Shown in pieces: positions 27,765 to 39,000 of a DNA stretch of 64,000 bases (positions are counted from its first letter, which is position 1; each line of letters begins with the position of its first letter). Both the position numbers and the translations under genes were made by a program. The DNA is from Paramecium tetraurelia. Taxonomy: Eukaryota. Below the pieces are notes generated by a model. The model had not been told where the DNA came from. It was given only the letters and a program-made list of their open reading frames with translations, and made no database searches. The stretch lies in assembly GCA_000165425.1 (NCBI GenBank), contig CT868660.1, positions 186,001-250,000 on the forward strand, given 5' to 3'.

Positions 27765-29831
27765 TCATTAAATTAGTATGTTTTTGCCTCCATATCTTTC
27801 TGGAATGGTTTCCTCATCCAAATCTTTCAGAAGTGCTTTCTTAATCTCATTGAAATCTTATCCAACAAAATTAATCTAAAAATATGAACAATCTAACCTT
27901 CTCTACAGTTCTAGATGGCAAGAAAGGCTTTAACATAGCATAAAAGCTGCGAGTCAAGAAGTTTGTATTTATTACATAAATTCTAAATTATCTTTCAGGA
28001 TAATAATTGAAGATTTCTATAAAAGCATTTTTCAATACACTGAAAGAGAAGTTAGCGGGAGCCAGTTTATAACAATCAATAATGACAATAAATTGATCTA
28101 CATATCCTCTCATACTTTTTTATTAATATTATATATAATACGATCTGATGCCTTCTTCCATCAGACTTTGATGGTATTACAAATAGCCCTATTCAGAGAA
28201 TCCTTAGTTAGTCTCAAACTTTTCTGGATGTGAATGCATTCCATTAGTTACTAAAATTGGATGTCCCCATCTTGAAAATCCCAATTAAGTATGAACATTT
28301 TCATTAGCATACATTTAGTAGTCAGAGGTCTTTCTGGAATTGATTCTATTTTCCTTCCTCCATTGCTATTATAAAATATTGAATTAACATACTAAACATT
28401 TCAGTATCATTTTTTCGGTTTCATTAACTTTATAATTTCTTGCAATCAAATACCTGATCATGGCCTAGTCATTCAAAAATAAATGACCTATCTTCTCTTT
28501 TAATTCTGCCAGAGCTTTTAATTGTTCTTCATTTTAGTGTATAATTCTATTATGCATATTTTCATATTTCTTTGCAGACACATTAGGTTGTAACTGATTA
28601 TCTACATATCCTTAGCGATCTTAAGGGGGAAAATGAACATTTTCGCCTTTTGAAAATTCATTTTCTTAATTATCATTATTTGAATGATGGGTTTCAAGCA
28701 CAATTCTTGATTATGCTATTGGTAAAGCTTCATTATTAATTTAAATCAAAAGCAAATCCAATTCTGTTGATATTATTGACAAATTAATTATTTACTCTTT
28801 CACTAATTTTCTAATTATTTTTTCATTTTAGTCTTTTTTTACGACCTGCATATATTAAATGTAACATTTTGAGTCTTCTTCCACTGCATGAATAATTTCC
28901 AATATCTTAAATATTGATATGAGTTTTTTCTTAGATTCATTATCAGAATTCTTAACAATGGGAAATTAGCCTTCTTTGACTGATTCTCTTGTCAAGAAAA
29001 ATGAATTATTCCTTTGGAAATCAAACTATATATATTTAGATTCTAAAATATACATCTTACCTTCATTATTAAAATGCCAAGTGTCTTTATGATATTAATA
29101 CAAATCAATCTCATGGATATCAGACGATTATTTAAATAAATCCAAAAGTTTTCCACCTTTCTATCTGATTAATATACTATTTTACTTGAATTATTGTGGC
29201 CACTTTTTGTAAAGAAGTGTTAAATACATATTCACCCTTTAATACAATATTATTGGAAGATTGAATTGTTGTTAACTTCATTTATTTTAATGATTTCTCA
29301 ATAACCCACTTATCTTTGCTTAATTCTTGGTAGAGTTATAATTATTTTTACACATATTCTGGGATATTTCTAAGGTAGTTGGACAATTAAATACTTAGTT
29401 ATATTTGAAATGTCGTTCTTTAAAGATTTTTGTGAATCGATGAGGATCTGATAATTAGAAGAGTGGAGCAGAGCCTCATATTCTGAAATGAGAATCGCTT
29501 ATTTAATTTTACTAACCCATTCAGCAGCATCATCATAGGTCATTGATATAAATTGCATCATTATTTCTTATTACAAATGTCTGAGTGTGAAAGTATAATA
29601 ACCATCCTCTTACCAAGTACCATCTACAATGAAACCTGATAAATCGATTCTTTCTTATGGAATATGAGTCTGATTATAAATATGAAATTACTTTGTCGTC
29701 TTCAAATATTAGAAATTGAGTGCCTTCCAAATAGAAATATTTAGTAGTTTTTAGTCCAAATATGTGTTTCTGTTATCTTAGCTTATTTTATTAAATTACA
29801 GATATCCATTTTTAATTGGCCTTTAATTCAT
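27765..29831 (-). CDS. PH-domain + CRAL-TRIO/Sec14 lipid-transfer protein with a central START-like region
   Basis: N-terminal PH (KNGYLQQK..KYFYLEG..AAEWVSKIKQAI); C-terminal Sec14 (GFSRWGHPI..PFLPSRTVEK..IPERYGG). Confidence 0.8.
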
Positions 29832-29867
29832 TAATTTTATTAAATTGATGTATAATTTATATTAAAA

Positions 29868-30480
29868 ATGATGAAAGTATTGTGTTTGATCTGCTTAATA
29901 TATATGGGACAGAGCTTGTCTGTATAGATTAGCTAGAAACCTACATGCTTTTATGTTAAATCATATACAGGAGACACTTATGTTACTGTAAATTATTAGA
30001 TATCTGGAATTGATGAAAATAAAACAGAAATTACAATAGAATCAGAAAACGGAGATAAATTAGTCAAGAAATAAAATACAAAAGAAGGAGCACTTAAGTA
30101 ATTCTTAAGAGAAAAGGGCACTTATTATATCTGTTTCAAAAGCTTATCCAAAGGCTATAAGACTGTAAGTTTTGACTTTGACATGGATGGTGTAGATAAA
30201 GAATATGCTCAATCAGAACAATTTAGTGAAATGTCAAAAGAGTTGTCAAGAACTAATAGAAACTATTAGGCAATTTACAGAAACTAAAACTGGATTACTG
30301 ACAGAGAGAATGCTCATTAAATGTGTAAGTATTATAATAAAAGTAGTGTTGGAGTAAACATAATAAAATGTTAAATGGTGTGCTTTAGCTAAAATAGGAA
30401 TATTATTAACAATAGCTATAACTTAGATTTGTGTTGTGTATTATTTTTTTAAAGGCAAAGATTTTAGTGCAAGTGTTTGA
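29868..30480 (+). CDS. p24/emp24/gp25L GOLD-domain cargo receptor
   Basis: Signal peptide, TCFYV..GTYYICFKS..VSFDFD, coiled coil RENAH, C-terminal TM followed by YYFFK. Confidence 0.88.
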
Positions 30481-30511
30481 TAATTATCGTATTGATAGAT
30501 ACATAATATAT

Positions 30512-30945
30512 TCACTTTTTCTTTTAAACTAGTTTATTTGTTTATTATTATTACTATTAAATAGCCTTTTATTATTGCTGATTTGATCGAGTATACGCAG
30601 TAGTATATTGTTGTTATTTGTTAGCTTGTACTTATTGTTTTGGAAAGGGGCTTATCATTTCCTACTAATCCTAATTGTAATTTTCAAGGCATTTGTTAGT
30701 ATTTCTAATCCTAAAACACATGTTCTTAGATGTTAGGAGTTGTACAAAAAAGAGGAAGATAATCCTAATCAATCTTTTTTTTATCTAAAGCTTTTCTTTC
30801 TGACTCATCTTCAAACAGAGTTTCATGCAATTCCCATCTTCTGTCACATGCTATACAAGCACAATAAGAATTAAAATCAGAACATTGGCAATCAGAAAAT
30901 TGGCATTTCTTGCATCTTAATGGATAATTTGGAAGATGATCTTCT
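30512..30945 (-). pseudogene. 5'-truncated FAM221-like Cys-rich gene remnant
   Basis: EDHLPNYPLRCKKCQFSDCQCSDFNSYCACIACDRRWELHETLFEDESER matches the FAM221 C-terminal pattern. No start; frameshift and premature TGA at 30684-30686. Confidence 0.7.
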
Positions 30946-31230
30946 ATAAGTTAGACCATTCAACAGGCTTGGATACATAAAAGGAGGAGTTAATGATGTC
31001 AAGTTAATGATGTCAAAAAGCATAAGTGGTTTAAAAAAATTAATTGGCAAGAATTAGCTCAAAAAAATATCAAGCCACCATATATACCAAAGATTAAGTA
31101 TAGGAATATATATATATATAAAGTGGTTTTGGAGATACTTCTAATTATAATTTTTATCCTTAAAGTAATGAGGAGGAGGATATACTCAATTAATTCTAAT
31201 AATGATACTTTTACTAATTGGTGGATTTGA
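30938..31230 (+). pseudogene. 5'-truncated PKA/AGC kinase C-terminal remnant
   Basis: LLQVRPFNRLGYIKGGVNDVK(K)HKWFKKINWQEL..KPPYIPKI..GDTSNY. A 14-bp duplication shifts the frame; an intron is still present. Confidence 0.8.
30989..31016 (+). repeat. 14-bp perfect tandem duplication GTTAATGATGTCAA x2
   Basis: Directly visible; disrupts the frame of the kinase remnant. Confidence 0.9.
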
Positions 31231-31690
31231 TGTTTAAAATAAATTATTTTATTTAAACTAAAGTTCTTTTAATTTAAATTCTGGAATGCTTTACTAAGAA
31301 GTTTATTATTTAATGAGTCATATCATATACTAATGTTTATTTTAAGAACAAGAGTATTATACAATAATTCCAAATTTTCACAGAAGGGAGATAGTTTTGG
31401 GCTGACACCAATAATTCGGATCTATTGAACCAGAGTATATTAATAATATTAATAAACCCCAAAAGATACATATTCTTTGGATATTCTTATCTATGGAGGT
31501 AGTTTATAAAATAAACAATAAAATTTTGCTTAAATTAAAGATTTCTGATACTTTGAAAAATCTGATTAATCTAACAATTGGAAACTCATATACTGTTACT
31601 AATTTAGTAAAAAAGAAACAGGAAACTAATAATTTCATTTTATCTGAATGAATATATAATATTATTTTTATTATTTTAACGAATTCTTGT

Positions 31691-33359
31691 ATGATTGATT
31701 AAGAGAGTTTGCTAGCCGAACTAGGATTATTAGATGAAAGGAAATTATTGCTGGAGTTGACAATATAACTTGGATAAAATGAACATGACATCCTATTTCT
31801 ATATGAAGGAGATGATATTGGTGTTAAGGCTAGTCAATTTTGTGAGAAGCATCATTTAAAGGATGAAATAAAGGAGGTTATTGCTCAAAATATTAAGCTG
31901 CATCTGAATGAGAAGGAAAATTATTTTAGTTTCGTAAATTAATCCACTTAGATAAGCAACGTCAACACTAATAAACCACTATAGAATTAAGCAATCAAAT
32001 AAATTAAAGATGTCAATTAGGAGAAGAAGGAAAATAAGAAAGAAAACCTCAACAAATCGTAGGCGGCAATTAAAAAAACTGATATCTATGATAAATAAGT
32101 CAAATAAATGAATAATAAGAACAATGCAATCTAAAAGCAAAGAATTCTTAAAGAAGAAGAAGCAATTAAAGAAGCAACATTCAAACCAAGACTTAATTAA
32201 AATACATTAAAATTGTCAGCACTACAAGATAAAACAGAAACAATACTCCAGAATATTATTTGTTGAAATATGGATAATAATTGTAGGAATAAAAAAAAAA
32301 GGCAGAATAATAAAATTTAAATGAAACCTCAAGAGAATGTTCTTTCAGACCTGAGATTAACAAAATGTAATTATTGTTGTTTTATGATGAAGCTCTCAAA
32401 AAATTTGTGATGAAATTATCAAGAAAGATGTCAGCATGACTAAATTTGATTAATTATATAATTAGGCCAAAAAAAGGAAAGCTAATGATAAATCTTCGAC
32501 ATCTATCATTTAAGAATCTCAAACCCAGTACTCCAAAAGAAGTGTCACACCAAATAAATCTTAAAATAAGCAATATCTACCTTTTTTAGAAAGAATGGAA
32601 ATTTAGAAAAAGATAAAAGAAGAAAAGTTAAAATAAGAGGTTGAAGAATCTATAATGTATGATGATAAAAGTGGATAAAAACTATTTCAACCGTAGGTCC
32701 ATAGTGCCAATAGAAACAGAGGTGGACTCAGTATCGGAGAGTACCTTTATCAATAGTAAAAATCCATAAATGATGAATCTATAATACAACTTGAATGTGA
32801 TGATTTAAGCAAATCAGTCTAAACGGATAGATCTAATTAAATAGTTATATAAATGAGAAGAAAGAAACTAGAAGAGTATTTTAAATTAATGGATTCAGAC
32901 AATGATGGATTGATTAGTGCCCAAAATATTTATCTCGAAGAATTACCTACAGAAGCCTTAGAACTGTTACAACCAGTTATTTTATAATTAGAAAAGTTGG
33001 ATATATTTTTGAACACCGAAACATGGACAGCAAAGTGTCTCGATATCATTGAAAAAATGAGTATCTTTGATAAAAATCGCCTATTTTAAAAATAACCAAA
33101 ATAATAAAAGACATTACCTGATGGTTCCAGTACTTTTAAACCTTAGTTAAATCAAAAATCAGAGATTATTGCAAAATAAAGATAAACTTTTAAAGGCCCA
33201 GCAGCCTTATATCAAAAGGCAATGAAAGAAAATATAGTTAAAGAATAAAAAATAAAGCATTTTAAAGAATAGTAAGAATAAAAAGAAGCTAAATAATGCA
33301 CATTTTAACCAAAAATTAAATTAACCAACAGATCTACTACTAGCACAGGGTTTTATTGA
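31691..33359 (+). CDS. Ciliate EF-hand-containing protein with F.P.IN/LN repeats
   Basis: ORF with one intron; ATFKPRLN, CSFRPEIN, CTFQPKI motifs; EF loop MDSDNDGLISAQNI. Confidence 0.75.
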
Positions 33360-34863
33360 TTATTCTTATATTTTGCATAATTTTGTATTTAAAATATTTA
33401 TAGATGATAGTATAATATTTTATACTAATAAAAAATAGTTGGTAATTTGAGATTTCTAATTAGATCATTTCTAAGTAACTTAATAAATATGAGATCAAAG
33501 AGTTAAAGTGCACAAGAAATAGATTTTCCAAAAATGAATATATATTGAAAAATTTCAATATTAAAGTTGTTTTTATATTATATTGTAATTTTTTTAAAAT
33601 AATCATTACTTAGGAATAATTCATCATCATATATTATTCCATAATTTTAATCAAATATATTAGATTTATGCAATTATGAGTCATCAAATTTAACGTCAAA
33701 CCATAATAACAACAATATCAATAGAGAGAGACGATCACAATAAGTTACATAATTAGATGGCATAGAGGAATAAGAATACAATAAAAATGAAGATTACAAG
33801 AGAATATTATTTGAAGATGCTTGATAATAAAATATAGTTATTAGTCTAATTTGGTTAAAAAGTCTACACTTCTCCAACAGGTATATTTCTGATTCATCAT
33901 TTTCTAAACCAATAAAAAAATTGAATAGTTTCATATTAATATACTTATTTATACATTCCTAAAAAGATACTAAATATTATTCTCTAATAAAAGTATGAAA
34001 AAGAATTAAAAGTTTTATTAATATAAAAATATAACAAAAAGATTTGATTGCAAATTTGAAAGAAAAGACAAAAAATTAAGATCCCTAAAATTTGAGTAAT
34101 AAATGATTTCCAATTATTTGACAAAAAACCTATTAATCTAGCAGCTCAAATTTTATAATTTAGTAGAAGACTGCATTTGCAAACTAATTATAAGCTTAAC
34201 TGTTTATACATCATTTTGTTAAAATTTAAAAATAATTAATGATAAAAATTAATGTTATTTAATTTGATTCTAATTGTATTTTGCAATTGATACAATAACT
34301 TTAGTAAGTGAGAAAATCTACTAAGGGATGACTAAAAGAGATATTCATTGAAATAATCCATTACTAATCTTATAAAATTAGTCTTTATTTCAGCTTTTTA
34401 TGATGGAACGCCGATGATTCAATTAGATAGATACTTTTTCTGCCTAAATGCAACATCAAATTCTAATAAAAAGAGATATAACAAATACACATTCAAATAG
34501 CTAAATGTAGACCTTTGGATACCAACATTGTGTCCGTTTGATTAATGATCCATCTTCCTAAATAAATTTGGTAATTTTAATGAATAGGCTATCTGAATAT
34601 TTAAAAAATCATATATTCTAGTCTTTTAACGAATAGAATTATGAGATTAAAGAATAAATTGAACTCTAAATAATATGGTAAATGATATTCTTTCATGATC
34701 TTTAATTGATTATTAGTAATAATCCTAATTTTGGGTATATAAATTTGTTGCTTAAAATTAATAAAATTATTGTAATGAAATTTTTTTAAGTAAAAATTTA
34801 TGGTAAATAGAAATTCAAGTATAACCTAATATATATGTTGATCAAATAAATGTAATATTCTTA

Positions 34864-35520
34864 TCATCTTTTAAATCCTCCTCTTCCATAGCCTCCTCTA
34901 TCATAGCCTCCTCTTTATTATCCACCTCCTCTACTAAATCCACCTCCTCTTGGGCCTCCTCTACTAAAACCACCACCTCTAGGGGCTCCTCCTCTTCCTC
35001 CTCTACTAAAACCGCCTCCTCTTGGTCCTCCTCTACCACCGCCTCTTGATCCTCCTCTGCTTATTCCTGGTGCACCTTTAGGCCTGGGTAAAAATCTATC
35101 CATAGGCATGCAATCATAGGCATCCATATAAATCAATTGATCTTATTTAAACTTTGATTAAATGTTTTGAGTACTGATTTTGGAGCGATTCCTTCTTCAA
35201 GGTTTACTGAGAATAAGTAATTTTCAATTGGACCAAATATTTCATCAACTTTACCGATTGGTTGCTTATTTTCAAAATACACACTTCTAAAGAATCTTGG
35301 AACCTTAATAATAAATAGGCTTTAATACAAGTTCTTTTCCTAATGCCTTAACAATAATTTGATTTCCACAAACATGTGAAAAAGTAGCGAATGGTTCAAC
35401 TTTTGCTGGGGGGCCTTATGGTTATTGAGGTCTTCCTCCTCTTCCGCCTCCTCTTCCAAAACTGCCACCTCTGGGGGCACCTCTTCCTCCACCTCTGCTA
35501 TTGAAATCACCTCTGCCCAT
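34864..35520 (-). CDS. GAR1: H/ACA snoRNP subunit Gar1
   Basis: RGG boxes flanking the core [37 protein letters not shown]; two introns. Confidence 0.96.
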
Positions 35521-36822
35521 AATTTAATTTTAATATATATATTTTTATTCATAATTCAATCTACTCATATCAGTTTTATGGTGATTCGCTTATACTTAGG
35601 AAAATTAGAAACACAAAAAAATATATTGCCAAAGGCAATATCAATATAATAATAGGCAAAAATAAAAAAAAAAAGTACTTGAAAATTTAATCCATTATAA
35701 CCAGCAAGACCTTTACATTCACAAAACTAACAAGCTAATATTACAACAAATTTTGCATAGATGTTTAACATTTGCTTAGAAAAAGGTAAATGAGAAATTA
35801 GATAGTGAATGCCTATCAGGTATAGAAACATTTCATCTGTTCTTGAATTTTCTCTTTAGATCTCACCTCAATTCTCCAATTTTTGAGACTTAAAAACCCT
35901 ATCCACTAAAAGGCATCTTAGAATTCAATACTGATTGTATAAATGTGTTAGATAATTCCATAATATTTAATTACACAATTTCTTAAAAATGTAAACTAGG
36001 AACTAATCTACACATAAAGGCAATACTCATAAATATCAATTCATTATTTTAAAAATTACCATTGATTATCAAAATTTTGAATTAATATAATATAGACTTC
36101 TACTAGCATAAAATTTTCATATTAATTTTAGGTTTGTGTTACTTCTGCTGCATAGCTATTTATTTAACGTTTTAAGCAATAATTCTAAAATAAATTATGC
36201 AAAAGCAAAACTTGCTTTCTAATAGGTTATTATTAGGTTTTTTATCAAGAGTATAAAACTAAAAACTCTTAAATATATTAATAAAGATACCATTTTCCCT
36301 TAAATCGGAATATTGTAGAGCAATTAAATCATCGTAAGATTTAGTCTTAATTGACAAGCCAAAACTGAAACCAATCCAACAATAATAAGATTGATGTTGA
36401 AATTTTTAGTAAAGTTTCTAATATAAGGTAAAAGGAATCAAGCCTATTACCCATAATTCCTTAAAATTCATTTGAAATTTGACACATAATGTAGGCATAA
36501 TCTTTTTTAGTAATAAGTATGATGAGTATTGTTATTATATACAATAATCCAATTATAAATATTGATAAATAAGGAATCTATTAGCAATTATTTTTGCTAT
36601 TATTTTTTGGTACTTTGAAACACTTCTTTATTCTTCAGCAAAAAAGATTAGCCTCAATAATTTGAAATAAAACTATATATATGACTTAATTGATTCTTTT
36701 TATTTTTACAATGGTTAAAATAAGAAACTTAATGTTTATCATCCTCTATTGAGAAGAATTGAAATTATTAAATTATAGCAAGATAATATAATGAATCACT
36801 ATTAGATTTACGATTTGGGACA

Positions 36823-37275
36823 TCAGTGGTAAGCTTATGTTAGAATTGAAGTTTTTGTTTTGGATTGATCTGGGTTGGTTTTTGACTGACCATCTGATTG
36901 CTTAATATTTGGTTAAATTTCCTCACATGAGCTCTCGTAATCGCTTAGATTTATTTCTTATAATTATTGTGATTTAGGGGCTATTTTTTCAAGAAATTGA
37001 CTTAATTTATTGTTAAGCAATTATTTGAGTTTTTTATTATCAATTTTGAGAGACTTGTTATATTTCTTATTGCGGTATTGATTTTCAAATTCTTCAATCT
37101 CGGATAATACATTCTTTAGATTTGTTAAAGGTTCCCAAGTATTTTCGGCTTCATTATAACCTTCCCATTTAATGCAATATTATAATTCTTTTGAAAGGGG
37201 ATCATATCGTTTGTCCACAATTTTTTCGACAATATATAAATTGGAGTTTTGTTTCTTTTTTTGACGGTGTTTCAT
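36823..37275 (-). CDS. Single-chromodomain protein (about 150 aa)
   Basis: YIVEKIVDKR..QYCIKWEGYNEAENTWEPLTNL with aromatic cage residues Y/W/Y; basic NLS-like N-terminus. Confidence 0.85.
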
Positions 37276-37312
37276 TTATATTTAAAATATATAGATATTT
37301 GTGATTTAAATC

Positions 37313-38006
37313 TCATTTATCTTGAATAGCAATCATTTCTTCTTTGATAGTTGGATATTCCTTGGGAAGCCACTCTTCTAATTCAACACTCAAATCCCCT
37401 TGTAGTTCAAGAGCTCCTTTTTCATTGATTGAGGAACCGCAACCAAACTTTTTACTAATTTTTTTCGAAGTTTCCTTGAGATCAAGACCTTGGATATACT
37501 GATTAAATACCATGTTTTTCTAGTCCTGACAAGGTTGTAATGAATTTGTTTTTGTTTCTCTCTTTAACTTTTATATAAATCATTTCGCTTTCAGGTACCT
37601 TGCCATTTTTCCTCCTCTTTTTTAGTGGAGGTTAAACTAATGGTATTTTTTAGGCCATATGCTATTGTATTAATTAGAGAGTAGCTTCTTTTTCCAAATC
37701 TATTTTAAGATCTTCAGGGTATAAAATTGCATAAAGTTCTTTAAAGGTTATCTTTAGCCATTGTTTGCATTCTCTAGGAGTTTTGGAAAATGAACAAAAT
37801 TCAACAGGGTAAGTACATATTCTGCAATAGATGACTAATTTAGGATGTTTTGGATTGTGCAATTATTATTCTGTTTGATTAAATTCTTGTTTGAGTTATT
37901 TTTATTGTTAGAGTAATTCTTATTATTGCTGTTGCTTTTGTTGTTGTTCTATTTTCATTTTGCTTGGCTTCTTCTTTTTAAAAATATCATCATCTGAATC
38001 ACTCAT
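37313..38006 (-). CDS. DENR: Density-regulated protein DENR/Tma22 (SUI1 domain)
   Basis: VIYCRICTYPVEFCSF..ECKQWL zinc site; SUI1 domain KKFGCGSS..LELQGD. Confidence 0.9.
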
Positions 38007-38056
38007 AGTTGTTCAATTATTTAAAAATAAATTAAAGATTTTAATTATTATTTGAA

Positions 38057-38518
38057 ATGACCAAAAAAACAAAGAAGGTTGGAATTACAGGAAAATATGG
38101 TACCAGATATGGTGCATCTTTAAGAAAGATTATCAAGAAGTTCGAAATTTCACAACATCAAAGATATTTCAACACTTTTACTGGAGCTGTAATATTTATT
38201 ATAACATTTTAGCATTCACTCAAGAGATAAGCTATTGGTATTTGGAGATGCACACAAACTGGATTACAAATTGCTGGTGGTGCTTGGGAAGTCAAGTAAT
38301 ACGTTATTTCATCCATTAGTACTCCTGCTGGATTATCTGCAAAATAAGGCATGTTGAGAATCAAGAAATTGAAGGAAGACGCTGAAGTCGAAGTCAAGGA
38401 TGAGAAGAAAGAATAAAAGAAGCAATAACCAAAAGAGTAAAAGGAATAAACCAAAGAACAAACCAAGGAACACACCAAAAAAACACAACCAAAAAAATAA
38501 CAAGCAAAGAAACAATGA
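38057..38518 (+). CDS. RPL37A: 60S ribosomal protein L37a (eL43), zinc-ligand-depleted, with a K/E/Q-rich extension
   Basis: [35 protein letters not shown]; two 24-nt introns. Confidence 0.95.
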
Positions 38519-38550
38519 GTATATTAATCAAATATAATAATAATTAAAAT

Positions 38551-38955
38551 ATGAATAAATTAATATCTACTGTTGTGAAGAGTATGCAATCACAGGCTCC
38601 TCTCTATGCTTATCACTTCCCAAACGGTTCTGTCTATAACAATGTACTTGATATTCTAACTTCTAGCCAGCCGTAACTGCTAAGAGAATCATTAAGGTCG
38701 TGGGTGAAAGATTAAGAAAAATAGATCCAGAAAGAGTAAACTTTGATTCAATTATCTTTATAGTGGGAGTCCACCCCAATCACATTTAATACTAATTGGA
38801 ATGATGCAGCAGGATATGTTGATGTTGCTACTTGCATTCACATTCATGACGCTCTTGAAAAGGAATTCGGCATTGAAATCAAGGACAGAGCCTTCCTTGT
38901 TTCCAGCATTGAAACTGCATTTTACATCGTAAACATTCATCACGATAGTCATTGA
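38551..38955 (+). CDS. Acyl-carrier-protein-like protein lacking the DSL serine (probably mitochondrial)
   Basis: Two introns; presequence-like N-terminus; ..WNDAAGYVDVATCIHIHDALEKEFGIEIKDRAFLVSSIETAFYIV. Confidence 0.75.
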
Positions 38956-39000
38956 GATATATCGAAAATATAAATAATATTTAAAACATTATTTTAATTT

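Noticed and set aside
34842..35649. ORF-track entries rich in E/V or S
   Set aside because: Alternative frames or antisense of the GAR1 RGG boxes.
38758..38952. Minus-strand 64-aa ORF
   Set aside because: Antisense to the spliced ACP-like gene, which has proper introns and a recognisable fold.
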